Shown in pieces: positions 13,741 through 30,660 of a stretch of 64,000 nucleotides of DNA. The translations under genes were made by a program, and so were the position numbers. Source of the DNA: Eledone cirrhosa (taxonomy: Eukaryota); assembly GCA_964016885.1 (NCBI GenBank), contig OZ024749.1:51770001-51834000 (forward strand), in the 5' to 3' direction. Positions within the stretch are counted from its first letter, which is position 1; every line of letters starts with the position of its first letter. Under the pieces are notes generated by a model. It made no database searches and was not told the DNA's origin. It saw only the letters and a program-made list of their open reading frames with translations.

Positions 13741-14549
13741 TCTAGATTTCCACAATATTATAATTTCAATTGCAATGGGAAGTGTAATTTATTTTTTATT
13801 TATTTAAGAAGTAAAGCAAATCCTAACTATGTAGATATTTTAATCAAAAATACGACTAAGGCATCAATAATTTATAACATTGCTGAAATGTTGAAATCCC
13901 AGAAATCCCACGAGTCAAATAAAAACACAAAACAAGATTGAGCAGAAAGTAATCTAGCAAAACAGGTTTATAAATATTTTAAAATGTCTCAGTAGCCAAG
14001 GGATTAACAGAGGATGCATAATCAAACAAACCGTTGATTAATCATCAACTGTATCAAAAATATATTTAAACAGCAACAAATAGTCTCAAATCGTATTAAT
14101 CTCAATTGGAATTGTATGTTTGTAAGACGTGGCTGTGTACTGCCCGATATATTAAGGTTTCCCTTCCATCGTTGTAAATTTTTAAGACTTGGCAGTGTAC
14201 TGCTTGAAACAATCAGTTTCATAAGTATAAACGCAAACAAACACTTGCAGCAGGATCACAAATATAAACACACACAAATACACAAACGCCTGCTCGCACC
14301 CCACCCATATATATATATATTTATATATGTACAGGTGGTGGCTGAAACCCTATTACAGGTCTCACATGTCAGGTCAGGCCGTCTGTCAGTGCCTTCGGGA
14401 AGGTCAACATGGATCCCTTTTATATACATACATACATACATACATACATCAATACATACGTACATACATACATACATACATACATACATACATACATACA
14501 TACATACATACATACATACATACATACATACATACATACATACATACAT

Positions 14550-14756
14550 CTGTAGATACTCCACTCTGATTACACCTTCAGATTTATGCCTGCGATTATT
14601 GGGGCACTGGGATATGTTAGTAACTGCCTCAATACAAATATTGAGAAGCTAGGCTTCACAGGAACAGAAAGAACACAACTAGTTAGGAAACTACAAGTAC
14701 AATCCATTTATGGAACAGTAAAAATATGTAAAACATTCCAAAAAATTTGCATCTAA
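14550..14756 (+). pseudogene. C-terminal fragment of an RLE-type non-LTR retrotransposon ORF (R4/NeSL-like), 3' UTR to ~14985, inside (CATA)n
   Basis: Manual translation L*ILHSDYTFRFMPAIIGALGYVSNCLNTNIEKLGFTGTERTQLVRKLQVQSIYGTVKICKTFQKICI*; the P-I-I-GALG..LQ...GT motif is typical of RLE LINE ends. Confidence 0.75.
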
Positions 14757-15062
14757 TAACGGCATATACACATGTACAGATACAAAGCATATACACATGC
14801 ACACATACAACTCAAAACATACACATCCACACATACAATAACATCCATATCTACACGTGCATGCATACATACATATCTACCTAGTTGATGTTGTGTAAAT
14901 TCCAATGAGAGAGTCTTGTGTCTATGTTAGAAACCGACTCTCTCTCTATTGGTAAAACTTTGTGAAATTATAAAACCAGAAGAACATACATACATGTATG
15001 TATATATGTATATGTGTATATATATATATATCCAGTGAATTTCGAATATATATATATATATG

Positions 15063-15162
<100 letters not shown>

Positions 15163-17379
15163 CGAGAGAGAATTTTCCACGAGTTATTTTTTGTCAGAAA
15201 AGAAGGTTAAGCTATAGTAACAACTTTTAAACAAACTTTATTCTTCAAATAATCTTAAATAAGCTTTTTTAACTTCAAATAATATTAATACGAATAATAA
15301 TAACAATAAAAATAATAATAATAATAATAACAACAATTATTATTAATATTTCTTTTGGGTTGGACTTAGAAAAGAAAAGAAAGTCAGATTAAACTGTTTA
15401 AATCCGATGGGATCAGAGAAAGTCGAAATTTTGAAAATACAACAAAAAAAAACTCATCTAAAACATGAACAAAATGGCTCTTCAATTTTACAGTTACATA
15501 CATATTTTTCACCGAGCGATTTCGAATAAGATATTAAAATATTTTAATTAACATTCTGCACAAGCACCACTTTGTGTCTTGGGTAAATGGGTCCTTTTTT
15601 CCTATAGATTTTGGTTTTCTTATGAGTAGAATTTTGTAAATGGAAATCACACGGAAGCCAGTAATTTGTGTGTGTGTGTGTGTACATCCATTCTTATTTG
15701 TACCGTTTGATTCTAAAATATGGTTTTATTTAACTGTCAATATAGTTGTATTTTTTCCTAAGAAAAGAAAATACGACAAACGCCTTTGAATCAGAAAAGA
15801 TAAACTCCCTGTGATCGAAATACTCGACACAGTTCAATATCTTATACTAGGAGTAATGTTTACATTATTTACAGAGAATTCATGTGATTAAGAAAGGTAT
15901 GAACTTCACCAAAATTCATTTTCACTTCCTTATTAATAAAAAGCTTTGTTTTTATGCAGTCGATCAATACAGACTAATGCATTCGATTGAACAGCATGCA
16001 ATATGTCATTCTATTGGTAGTTTTGAAAACTAATTCCCAAGACTGTGAATTATCTAACAAGACCTATCCTGCCGTTCGGTATTCACCACGAAATACTAAA
16101 AAGAAAACATACGACAAAAGAAAATGACAGAATCATTATGTGATTATCTCCCCAAAATGGCTTCCAAAGTAAATCTACATTGTTTGTTCTCATGGGTAAT
16201 GTATTTCTCCATTATTTGTCTATTATGTATACTGGTTTTAGTTTTCATTGCAAACGCAAATGTCTTCATATGAAGCAGAAAAATGTTCAACGAGGGACTG
16301 ATGGATATTCACAAAGAACGGTAACGTTAGAGGATATAATATATAGATCTTGAAGAAAAGAATAGGTTCGAGGTTAAGTCTATGTTGTATAAAAGACTAG
16401 ATGCTGGTTGGCTGGTTGGTTGGTTTGGCAACAAAAACTGAAAAGATTCTTCAATGGAATCAGGATCAGTTACAAGAAAGCGGTCTCGACATAGGATTTG
16501 TGTGTGTGTGTGTATAAATAAACACATATATGTATGTGTGAATATGTGTGTGTTTATGTGTGTGTGCGTGTGTTTGTGAGTTTGTGTGTGTTTCCGTCTA
16601 AATAAACGCACACATACTTGTATGTGTATGCCTTTGTTCTTGTATACACAGAGCTTCCACAATCACAATGTGTGTATGTCTCAATCTGTATAAACACATA
16701 CATATGTGTGTGTGGATGTATGTTTGTGTGTATATGCGTGTATATATGTGTATGCATATATGTACGTGTGCATGCGTGTATGTGCCGACTTCCTTGCGTG
16801 AGTGCGTGCAAGTATTGATACGAATATCGTTTCTTGAATGAATAATGTTTATATGTAAGTGTATCTTGTGAGTGTATGTATGTATCTATGTTTGTATATA
16901 AGTGTATGTATGTATCTATGTTTGTATGTAAGTGTATGTATGTGTATGTGTGTGTATTTGCATTTGTACTGCGTACAAATATGTTTAATTATTGTATGAC
17001 TACACACACATATATATTTCTACGCGCATACATACATACATACATACATACATACATACATACATACATACATACATACATACATACATACATACATACA
17101 TACATACATACATGTATGTATTATATATGCATGTATGTACATGTCTGTAATAGGTATTTATGCGGTAGCATAGAATATACTTGAAAATTTAAGGTCAACG
17201 TTTTAAAGTAGACCTTCAAAATAAATTAAAAACCGTTTATTTTTTTAATTAAAACCCACGTAATATGAAGAAGCAAGATATTATACAGCCTAAAACTGTC
17301 TTACAATTGAACTTCCAGCATGAACAAATATTAGAACACGCAAAACAACGAACTTTAATGGCGCCAACGACACATGCAG

Positions 17380-17720
17380 ACGACAAATTGTCGGAGTCGT
17401 TAGAATGTCGGATAGAATGCTTTGTAGTATTCGTTTCGGCTCTTTGCTCTCTGAGTTCAAATCCCGCCGAGGTTAATTTTGCCTTTCATCCATTCAAGGT
17501 CGATAACAAAATGTACCTGACTAGTACTGGAGTCTATTCTTCCTCTATGTCTCTTTCTCACTTCCTCTCTCTCTATCTCTCTCACTCTGTGTCTGTCTCT
17601 CTCTCTCTCTATCTCTCTCAATCTCTGTCCTTCTCTGGAAGAAATCTGCTGTACTCAGACCTAGAAAGAAGACGGGCTCCGGCAGTTTTAAAAATGCCCA
17701 AGAAGCGCCGTATATCAATA
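17380..17720 (+). mobile_element. tRNA-derived SINE, long-tailed subfamily ((CT)n plus GAAGAAATCTGCTG tail)
   Basis: Head/body as in the main family; the tail recurs at 20235, 25750, 42400, 45540, 51530. Confidence 0.75.
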
Positions 17721-17739
17721 CATGCATACATACACACAT

Positions 17740-17975
<236 letters not shown>

Positions 17976-18044
17976 TTCATACATATATACACACAACAAT
18001 GATACATAAAAGCATACACACACTCACACACATACACACACACG

Positions 18045-18075
<31 letters not shown>

Positions 18076-18493
18076 ATTTACAGATATACACATACAATCT
18101 TCACGTTTCAAAGAAGTCTTGCCGTAGCAGCCGACACATATTCGGACACACAGACAGTTTTAACATTAATATAAAATAAAAGCTCAATTGACTATTGAAC
18201 AACTTACTCTGAAACGCCGAAACTTTATCAGCACGTTGGAATCCACCTTATATCATTATGAAGGTTTTATGTCATCGTTGCGTGCTGACAACTAACTTTG
18301 AACAACTCTGTATGTGTGAGTGTATGTGGGGGAAGGTCTCTCTGTGTGTGTATGGGGTGCTGTGTGTGTGTGTGTGTCAGTGTATATATGTAAGAATGTA
18401 TGATTTTACTTGATTGTGGATGTGAATACGTATGTATGTAAGCCAGACCTGTATTCATTGGTGTGTATATACACGTACGTACGTGTGCGCGCG

Positions 18494-18525
<32 letters not shown>

Positions 18526-18581
18526 CATATATATGCATATGTATACATATATATACATATCTATATATGTATATATATAGG

Positions 18582-18621
<40 letters not shown>

Positions 18622-18666
18622 AATATATATATATATATATATACACATATATATACATATATGTAC

Positions 18667-18713
<47 letters not shown>

Positions 18714-18725
18714 TATACGTATATA

Positions 18726-18801
<76 letters not shown>

Positions 18802-18822
18802 CATATATATATATATATATAA

Positions 18823-18903
<81 letters not shown>

Positions 18904-18907
18904 CACG

Positions 18908-18998
<91 letters not shown>

Positions 18999-19059
18999 GT
19001 ATGTATCTGTGCATATACAAACACAATCTCACACATATACTCGTATAGACTTATGTGAG

Positions 19060-19096
<37 letters not shown>

Positions 19097-19734
19097 GTGA
19101 GTGTGCGTGTATGTGTGTGTACCTGTGCATTTGTCTGCATTCACGTCTGATTGTATTATCTATATCTATGAGTGTATTTACAGACGCGACTACAACCGTA
19201 TTTATACGTGTCGAATATCAAGACACCGCTAAATTCTCAGCTAGAGAAAGATACGACATCTTAGAAGTTCTCGAACAACACAAAATATTTGATTAACAGC
19301 TAATTCTGTCTTGACCCAGTTTAAATTTTACAAAAATACTTTTGCTGAGGTTTATCTTTCAACATATATCATCTAAATATTTTGAAAATATACTTCAGAT
19401 AAAATATGAAGTCCGCCATTTTAAAGCTTAGTATATTATATCGAATCTCAGGTGTCGAAAATGATATGAAAGTTGTCGAGTCTCTTTATTTGATCCACTC
19501 TTGTCTTATTTACAGTTAGATTTTCCTCCCGTTTCAAAAGCTTTCAGCAAACTACTTAACGCCAAATAAATTCTATATTGATGAATGTTGACTAGACATG
19601 GTAAGGTAACGTAATGGATGGTTATTTTAGTATTGCACAAACACGAAACATAACATACATGTATATACACACACGAGAGAGAGAGGGGTAGAGAGAAAGA
19701 GGGTAGAGAGGGGGGTAGAGAGGGGGGTAGAGAG

Positions 19735-20310
<576 letters not shown>

Positions 20311-20368
20311 ATGTATATATATATATGTAATGGATTCACACACACACACAGATAGACACACACAGACT

Positions 20369-21435
<1,067 letters not shown>

Positions 21436-22223
21436 ATATATATATATATATATGCTTCTAAGTTACATCAACATATTTTGTTTTTCCGTTAGGCTCTCTT
21501 TGTGTTGACTTTTATATCTTTCCACTGAATCAACATGGTTTGTAGCAATTGTGTGTTCAAAACTAGATATGTAATATATTTCTAATTGAATGAGTTTTAC
21601 AATTCACATTCACGTTCTCTAATATTAAGAGAAAATTAAGCAAATAAAACCAATTATATACACATATATATATTAAGTCCATAAATTTCGTTCATAATAT
21701 ACTTTTCATTGAAAGAATCAGAATTAATATTAAACTAGCTACTTACACGAAGTGAATTTAAATTTGAATAGTGGAAAATAAAATATACAAAAAATAGAGC
21801 TAATATATATTTATATAAAAAAAAATCTCCAAAAACATCTTCTGCAAATCAGCTAGTTATTTTGTAAAGAAATAAATATAATAAATTCACACATATATAA
21901 TGAACTTAATAAAGAGATATTTAAATAGTTAATCAGCAAGTGCAGATTAGATATGAATAATTCATTGCCTTATTACATCTTTAGCTCAGTAGATCAGTTT
22001 TAACGGAGATCATTAGTAAAATGTAAATGCCATTCTTATTAGGATAGACTAATAAAATCAGAAAAATCTAGAACTGATGAACATTGTCATATTAAATGAC
22101 CAACGTTAATAAAATTATTTCACAAATGATATATATATATATATATGTGTGTGTATGTATATGTCTGTATATATATGTATATATGTATATATGTATATAT
22201 ATTTCTGTGTGTAGACATATATG

Positions 22224-22365
<142 letters not shown>

Positions 22366-22415
22366 TATGCACACACAAAGACTTATACCACTTATACATA
22401 TACACACAAACACAT

Positions 22416-22455
<40 letters not shown>

Positions 22456-22743
22456 GTATACACTTACAAACACTTACACATATACACACACAAATACACC
22501 CATAGAAAAGGACATGTATAATGGGGAGACTGCCCACTCTATACATATGCAGATGTAATACATTAATAAACAGATTATTAGAAACCAAAAACCATCTACA
22601 ACTGATAGACTCTGCTAATAACGTTATTTAGTAAAACATATTTCTGTTGTATTCTTGGAAAGTTTACGGTTTCCAAGAATGTGGTTGAAAATGTGAAATA
22701 GCGTTGTCATGTATGTATGTATATATATACACACACACACTCT

Positions 22744-22816
<73 letters not shown>

Positions 22817-22962
22817 CACATATATATATATATATATATATATAAGCATTCATGCATATATATAAACATTCATACATATATATATATTTATATATATGTA
22901 TATGTATACACACACACACACACACATATATACACACACACACACACATATATATAAACATT

Positions 22963-23010
<48 letters not shown>

Positions 23011-23068
23011 AACACACACACACATATATATATATATATAGACATATATGAACTTTTCATTCGACCTC

Positions 23069-23128
<60 letters not shown>

Positions 23129-23129
<1 letters not shown>

Positions 23130-23236
23130 GTAATAATAATAATAAAATTGAAGACTAAAATCCAAAGTTTCAGAAGATCCCGTTCAGGGTGAAAGCAGCG
23201 ATTCTTTGCTTAAACTTTAATCTGTTATTTTAATAA
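23129..23236 (+). mobile_element. Family L element with variant hammerhead core
   Basis: CAGAAGA-T-CCC gttca GGG-T-GAAA at 23171-23194; AATAAA at the end; (TA)n on both sides. Confidence 0.65.
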
Positions 23237-23240
23237 ATAA

Positions 23241-23292
<52 letters not shown>

Positions 23293-23297
23293 CCATA

Positions 23298-23429
23298 ATT
23301 TCAACTTTTCTTAATGGTAACTGCATTGTTTCCTTACAGAGACTATGTTGAAGAAAAAAAACCCTCATTTGGTCACATTCCATGAGAGTATCTTGATCAG
23401 TCAATAAACCTTTCAACCGACCCTCGTAC
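23298..23429 (+). mobile_element. Mariner-type MITE, partial
   Basis: Ends CAACCGACCCTCG-TA. Confidence 0.7.
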
Positions 23430-24089
23430 AACAATATTCAACATTTATACCATCACCTTGGACACTCCTACACATTCTTGCATCTAGTGTTGATATCTAA
23501 TGTGTCGTAAAAACAAAATAGATAACAATTATCTACAATATTTGTACCACCACACGAACGACGTCAGAAATAAATGTGATTTTATCTATAACAGTAATTG
23601 CGCCTCTTGAACGAGTTCCAGTCAGCAACACACATTTTTGCGACAAGTAGCAAATATATCAACATTGCAAAATTCGACACGAGTTTATGGAAACTAGAAT
23701 AGCACTAGAATGAAATACTTGTAATATTTACACGGTGAAAGGAACATAAAGTGAAAAAGTATTATCACTAAAAGCGGTTTGATATATAAGAGGTGTGATT
23801 GACACGTGAGTGATGCATTGTGGGTTTTATGTTTGCTACAAGGAATGGTATGAATGACTATCAGCAATGGTGAATGATGAAAACAGAAGCGCAGAGGTTG
23901 AAAACCTAATGCGTAAATTTTCTCGCGTTAACTTTTCTCTGTGTATTTGGCTGGAATTTTCGGTTACACTTCGAAGAGTTATCTTTAACGATTCATGGCA
24001 GATATATAAGCAGGCAGTGAAAGACACGCACACACACACACACATATATATATACACAAGCACACATGTGCATACATACATTGATACAT

Positions 24090-24197
<108 letters not shown>

Positions 24198-24609
24198 ATA
24201 TAAATACATACACGCTCCAACACATGAAACTAATATAATTCGGTGTGAGATATATCAGGTGTAGAACGTCCATGAAACAATGGCTGCCCACTGTTAATTA
24301 GTTGATATTTAAAAGATCAAATCATTCTGTCGACCTAATTTTGTTATAGAACTTTGTATTCTAACTTTAATTACACCAAAATATACCAACTAAATCTGTA
24401 AATTAACATATTTATCGGAAAATGCACGACTGAGATCTCTTGAAAAGTATTGATAACGTGTTTGTATAGCTATATGATATATAAACAAACCTACGGACCT
24501 TAGCCTCTAGTACTCAACAGCCATAGAAGCAGGTCCCCTGTTGCTAAACCTGTGATTGGTAGGAATACTTGGGTAAAAAAATAAATCCCTAAAAGAAAGT
24601 TATATGGAA

Positions 24610-24775
24610 GTAGAATCGATCCCTGTACCTGACTGGTACTTTTTTTATCAACCTCGAAAGGATGAAATGCAAAGTTAACCTCAGTGAGATTTGAACTCAG
24701 AGAGCAGAGGGTCAGAACCAATACTGCAAAGCATTCTATCCGACTTTCTAACGATTCTGCCAATTCACTGCCATG
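24610..24775 (-). mobile_element. tRNA-derived SINE
   Basis: Reverse complement of family head/body. Confidence 0.75.
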
Positions 24776-25749
24776 CTGGTATATAAAAGGTTATAACTTC
24801 ATGAGTCGAGCTAGAACTTACAATTGTAAAACGTACAGAGTTGCGATTTTCTACAACACAAACAGAGGTTCTCATATTTTGTTAATAGAAAGGCAATATC
24901 AATTTATATGCTGTGAATGAATGCATTGGATAAGCCAAAGTAGCAGGTGATAAAGCTGAAAATATACTGTAGATAAACGATCTGGTATTGACATCAAAAG
25001 CTTCAAATAGAACAATTTACGTAAGATATTGATTAATAAGATATTGATAAACCACTTTAAAGAGAAACAGTGGTTAACATCAGGGAAATTAATCTTAAAG
25101 TAAGCAAGAATAGTTCTGCAATTGAATTTAGAAAGCTACGAAGAAGGGACTTTCGTTGTTGTCTCTGCAGAACCTATTTCTTAGAATGGTATTATATCTG
25201 ACTATTGACGTTTTTCATACATTTATCTTCAGCCAATCTACTAACACGGAATACAAGAGGCATTTGAAGATGTCACCATTACCTAAAGGCTGAGAAATAT
25301 ATTATATTCCAGATAGCGAAATTTGGTTATAGTAATTAATTTTATTCTAAATTTCTGTGACTCTGACTCTGACTCTTTATTTGAAAGTAACAGATCTATT
25401 TATCATATTTATCATTCTTTCTCTTCTACTTATCAGCTTACTTCAACAAACTTTCATAAAACCTAATAATTGCTTAAACCTGTTTACTCTACTAATGTAC
25501 AGCTCTCTCGTACGTTACAGGAATGGTGGAGCATAGAGTAAAAACAATAAGAGGATGTCTGGTGTATGAAGTATATTTGTTCGGAAATTCAAGATGTTCT
25601 GGTACGTGGGATATAGCATAGAATGACATCGCTAGAAGAATGGCAACATTGTTTGTTGTTGATTTAGGTTTTAAAGACTTTCCGGTGTAATTTTACGAGG
25701 GTCAGTCAAAAAGTAATGCCTTTTGTTTCATTGCAAGAAAAATAAAATG

Positions 25750-26012
25750 CCTGGAGGAGCTCATAAGCTCTCCATGTCTGAATACAGCAGATTTCTTCCA
25801 GAGAAGGATAAAGAGTAAGAGAATGGAAGTGAGGAAGATATATAGAGGAAGAATCGATCCCAGTATTAGACTGGCACTTTTTTATCGACCTTCAATGGAT
25901 GAAAGGCAAAGTTGACCTCGGTGTGATTTGAACTCAGAAAGCAGAGAGTCGAAACGAATACCACAAAGCATTTTATCCAACATCGTTACGAATCTGACAA
26001 TTTGTCGCCTGA
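25750..26012 (-). mobile_element. Long-tailed tRNA-derived SINE
   Basis: CAGCAGATTTCTTCC tail plus body GATGAAAGGCAAAGTTGACCTCGG. Confidence 0.75.
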
Positions 26013-26124
26013 CCATTAATATAACCTCGTCTAAATTTCCAAAATTGACAATAAACACATTATGACCTAACTTTCTATTCCACGTACCTTTGCTATAACG
26101 ACTTACTTCTTCCAGCACGAAATA

Positions 26125-26445
26125 AATGAGTATATTTCATATAGTATTTCGTAGCTTTTCTATAGAAACAAAACGTTTTGGCGGGAGGGCCTGAAGTGAC
26201 TAGAATAGTTATCATACAAACACCAACGCATGACCTCTCTAACAGTTTTAATATTTCTAAACTTCCTTTGAAAATATGAGATATATCTATCTTTATATAC
26301 CGTTTTGTAGCTTTTATTTGGAAACAAAACGTTTTGACGGGAGGGCCTGAAGTCACTAGAATAATTATCGTACAAACACCAACGCATGACCGCTATAAAA
26401 GTTTTAATATTTCTAAACTTGCTGTGAAAATATGGAATATATCTT
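26125..26445. repeat. ~160-bp diverged tandem duplication
   Basis: GAAACAAAACGTTTTGRCGGGAGGGCCTGAAGT..TACAAACACCAACGCATGACC occurs twice. Confidence 0.85.
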
Positions 26446-27064
26446 TACCTCTGATGGTGTTCTTTAAGTAATTTACGTCATGAAAATTGCTTTTTAATGT
26501 CGGTTCATGAATGCGTGCAAATGGATTCCAACTAATATCGATTCAAGTCCACTCGACAAGCAAAATGTGATTTTCGTTACTTCAATAGAAACATGTTTCT
26601 CAATATTAGAAGATATTCCAATTATAGTTCTTCCGGTTGTAATATCATGGCAGAAAATTTGGGGCAATTTTTGGTTCGGCTTCATTACCAAACATTGTTC
26701 TAAGAATCAATTTTTATGACTAGCAATCAATTGACACGCTGACAAAATAACTATGAAGTTCCATTTGATTTTCCATCATTTCTACATTGTATTTTCTATT
26801 TGTTGCTCCAATAACCTTGTAAAATACTTCAGATTTTGAAATTTAGCAGAAATAAGTTGGAAATTCGAACATAGCGAACAGATGTTCAGATGATCAAACA
26901 GCCGAATGCTGTCAATGACATAAGGGGTATTTCTTTTTACAAATTTGCTGATATTGCACCTAAATTAGAAACCAGTATAGTTACTACTAGAGACAACACA
27001 GTGGCAAGGAACAAGGTACGACTGGTGTATGGTTACTTAGTTAAACCATCATAAAACTTTAGCT

Positions 27065-27222
27065 TACGAGGGTCGCCTGGAAAGTTAATAGGCTGACCAA
27101 GCTACTCTTATGGAATGACCAAATGAGGTTTATTATTTCAACATAGTCCCTGGAAAGAAATAATACAGTTATTATTAATAAGAAGAATTGAAATTAATGC
27201 ATGCAAGATTTCACCGCTCTAG
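27065..27222 (-). mobile_element. Mariner-type MITE, partial
   Basis: Starts TACGAGGGTCGCCTGGAAAGTTAATAGGCTGACC. Confidence 0.75.
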
Positions 27223-28224
27223 GTCTCCTGCCGATTGGTTTTGCCCGTTAAATCTGACCCGCGATTCTTTCCTGAAACATTCTAACCACATGTCCATGGT
27301 ATCGGAGCTGTGATCTCTCAATTCGTAGAATTAGCGGCTCTACCTGGAGTGACTCTCTGATCTATAAATTTCAAATATACTCACACTTCGTTTCGATAAT
27401 TTTGCGAAACACGCAATGTTTATTCAATTCTGACTGTATTTTGTAATTCGTAGGTGGATAAATGCTGTTTCTAACGCTAACCCTGACCATAAACCCTAAC
27501 CTTAAACCCTGATATCATTTATAAGATCTTTGCTTCAACAGCATATAGTGTCAGAGAGCTGCTTTTATTGATGATTTTTGTAGGTTTCTTCCACCTTTTC
27601 CTCTCATACAGATCACTGTTGGGAGGATCTTTATGTTTGGTGTTCAGTGTGTTTCTTGACCAAATTTTCTACATTTTCTAAAATATTACCATTATTTTTC
27701 TGATTAGGCATTTGACATGGGATTCATTCAACGTTTTAATCATCGCATAGAAATCTGAAAACGTCATCGAATTGGTTCACATTTTTTTTTTTTTTATTTT
27801 TAATCTTATCATTTATTTCAGTAGCCGTGTATAAAATTAAAATATAAAAGAAGGTGCATAAACAAGTATGATACATTATTTACAAAGAAGAGAATAAAAA
27901 GTTCTTAGAAATGGAATGAAGTGGTTCATTATTGAGAATGTGCTAATCAAGCTAGTGAAGCCATCGAGAAGGATTATAGTAGAAAATAAAACTATCGTCC
28001 TTTTCATGACGGCCTGACAATCAATCTACGACGGTCTGATCTTCAACCATCAATGTGACGGCCTTTCTTCAAGGACCGATCCCTGTGACCTTTGCCTTCA
28101 CAGTCCGATATCCTTGGTTCCTTGGTCCTTTCACTCAGTCGGTGAGTCAGTTCTTGAAGTGTGTCTCTTAGATAATCTACCAGCAATGTAATATCCTCAA
28201 GGAAACCAACTGGCCTTAATCTTT

Positions 28225-28800
28225 ATACTGCGATAATACACTTCTACACTGCGATAATACACTTCTACACTGCGATAATACACTTCTACACTACGATACA
28301 CTGCTATACCATGATACTAAACACGTTTATATTACTAATGAATACAGCTGTATAATTAAAGATCTGTCTTACTATACCCTGCAATATTACATAACAACGT
28401 CTATATACAACTATACTATAAATACTAAAAGACTAAACCTATACACTATTATTGAATACAGCGTTATAACAAATCTCCGCCTTACTACAGAACACGTCTA
28501 TATACAGCTTTACTATAAATATTAATCTAAACTTCTATATTACTTATGAATACAGCTATATAATAAAGATCTGCCCTACTATACTCTACAGTATTACATA
28601 CCGTCTCTAGACAACTACACTATAAATACTAGACTACACTTCTACACTACAACACAGTAGTATATATAACTATACTATAACTACTAAAAAAATATACACT
28701 TATACATTACTAATGAATACAGTTTTATAACAAGGATCTGCAGTTTTACGTAACACAACTCTATACATCTATACTATAAATACTAAAAAACTACACTTAT
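28225..28800. repeat. 21-bp repeat x3.5 followed by 4 diverged ~90-170-bp units
   Basis: ACTGCGATAATACACTTCTAC x3; anchor ATTACTAATGAATACAG at ~28331, 28448, 28539, 28706. Confidence 0.75.
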
Positions 28801-29213
28801 TTACCACTGACCTATGTTACTACGTAATTAGTATATTATACTTCCACAAGACTGCACTATAAGGCAATTAATTACCTTATCCAGTGTTATTAAATATTAA
28901 AAACCAGTATAACAAAAATACCTGCATCAGCATTAGTTGCAGAAAACTGCAGAAAACTGCAGAAAACTGCAGTATTTGTTGCAACAACGGCAGCAAGAGT
29001 GGTTTACTGAACACGCTAACTGCATTATATTACATAGAGAAAGATTGATTGCCGGAAAATTGTTAAAACAAAAAAGATAAGAAGTGAATTGTTTAAGAGT
29101 TACTGTACGTTAATAGCATGTTAGTAAATATCAATATGGCGGAATGTTGACGTTAGTTATATGTTATTTCATTTCAGGAGTTATTGTATATTCCAGAACT
29201 TTATCCCGTGACT

Positions 29214-29244
<31 letters not shown>

Positions 29245-29245
29245 G

Positions 29246-29285
<40 letters not shown>

Positions 29286-29428
29286 CATAAACACACAAAC
29301 ACGAACACACACACACATATATATATACATATACACACACACACGAACACACACACACATATATATATATATACATATATATACATATATATATATACAT
29401 ATACACATACACACACATACACACACAT

Positions 29429-29465
<37 letters not shown>

Positions 29466-29555
29466 GTCTGTGTGGGTGGGTGTGTTTCCGTAAAGGTATG
29501 TATGTGATTGTATGCATGGGTTTATGTGTATCATAAGACTCTGGTTGTGTGTTTG

Positions 29556-29598
<43 letters not shown>

Positions 29599-30000
29599 AA
29601 TTGTGTATGTATATATGTGTGTGTTTGTGTGTGTGTTGGAAATAAACATATCATAGATCAGCACAACACCATGACTGTAATCAAAAAACAATCAAGCCGA
29701 AGAGCTGAACGACGGCTTTACGACTCCCAAGACAAAGATGTGGTTCTTGAGTAAACAGCCGACTTCTAAATCTACAGAAAATGTTGGTAATAAAAAAAAT
29801 TTCAAGGAAAACGAGAGAGAAGTTATCGAATAAAGTAAAGAGGTATTATAGACATTTTTACTTTAATGTTTACATGTAGCTTATTTTATGCATTGCTTAT
29901 GTAACTTCAGTTGAAGATGAACTTGGAATATGGAGGCTTTTTGGCGTCAATTACTTCTCGAATTATATACGCTTAAATATATATATAAATGTATGTATAA

Positions 30001-30116
<116 letters not shown>

Positions 30117-30236
30117 ATATATAGATATATAGATATATAGATATATATGATATATATGTGTACATACATATAGGTATACATGATATATATATATGTGTAT
30201 ATACATATATGTATATATGATATATAAGTGTATATG

Positions 30237-30275
<39 letters not shown>

Positions 30276-30315
30276 ATATTATATTATATATATATATATA
30301 AATATATATGTAATA

Positions 30316-30369
<54 letters not shown>

Positions 30370-30386
30370 TATATATAATATTATAT

Positions 30387-30454
<68 letters not shown>

Positions 30455-30592
30455 TTCTCTGTCCTCTTTTCGAATCTATAAGTAATCGTTTGAAAAAGTA
30501 TCGCAATAAAATATAGTAGGTAATCTATCTATCTATCCACACATACAGACACACACACACACACGCACACACACATATACGCACACACACAT

Positions 30593-30660
<68 letters not shown>

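Noticed and set aside
22650-22680. Hairpin ATTCTTGGAAA..TTTCCAAGAAT as terminator or ribozyme stem
   Set aside because: Isolated 11-bp stem with no convincing core or second copy
25517-25600. Possible exon TTACAG|..|GTACGT (MVEHRVKTIRGCLVYEVYLFGNSRCS)
   Set aside because: Peptide not recognisable and no partner exons found
27470-27512. Telomere-like CTAACCCT/AAACCCTAACC
   Set aside because: Short and degenerate; more likely an internal repeat of a Helitron-like relic
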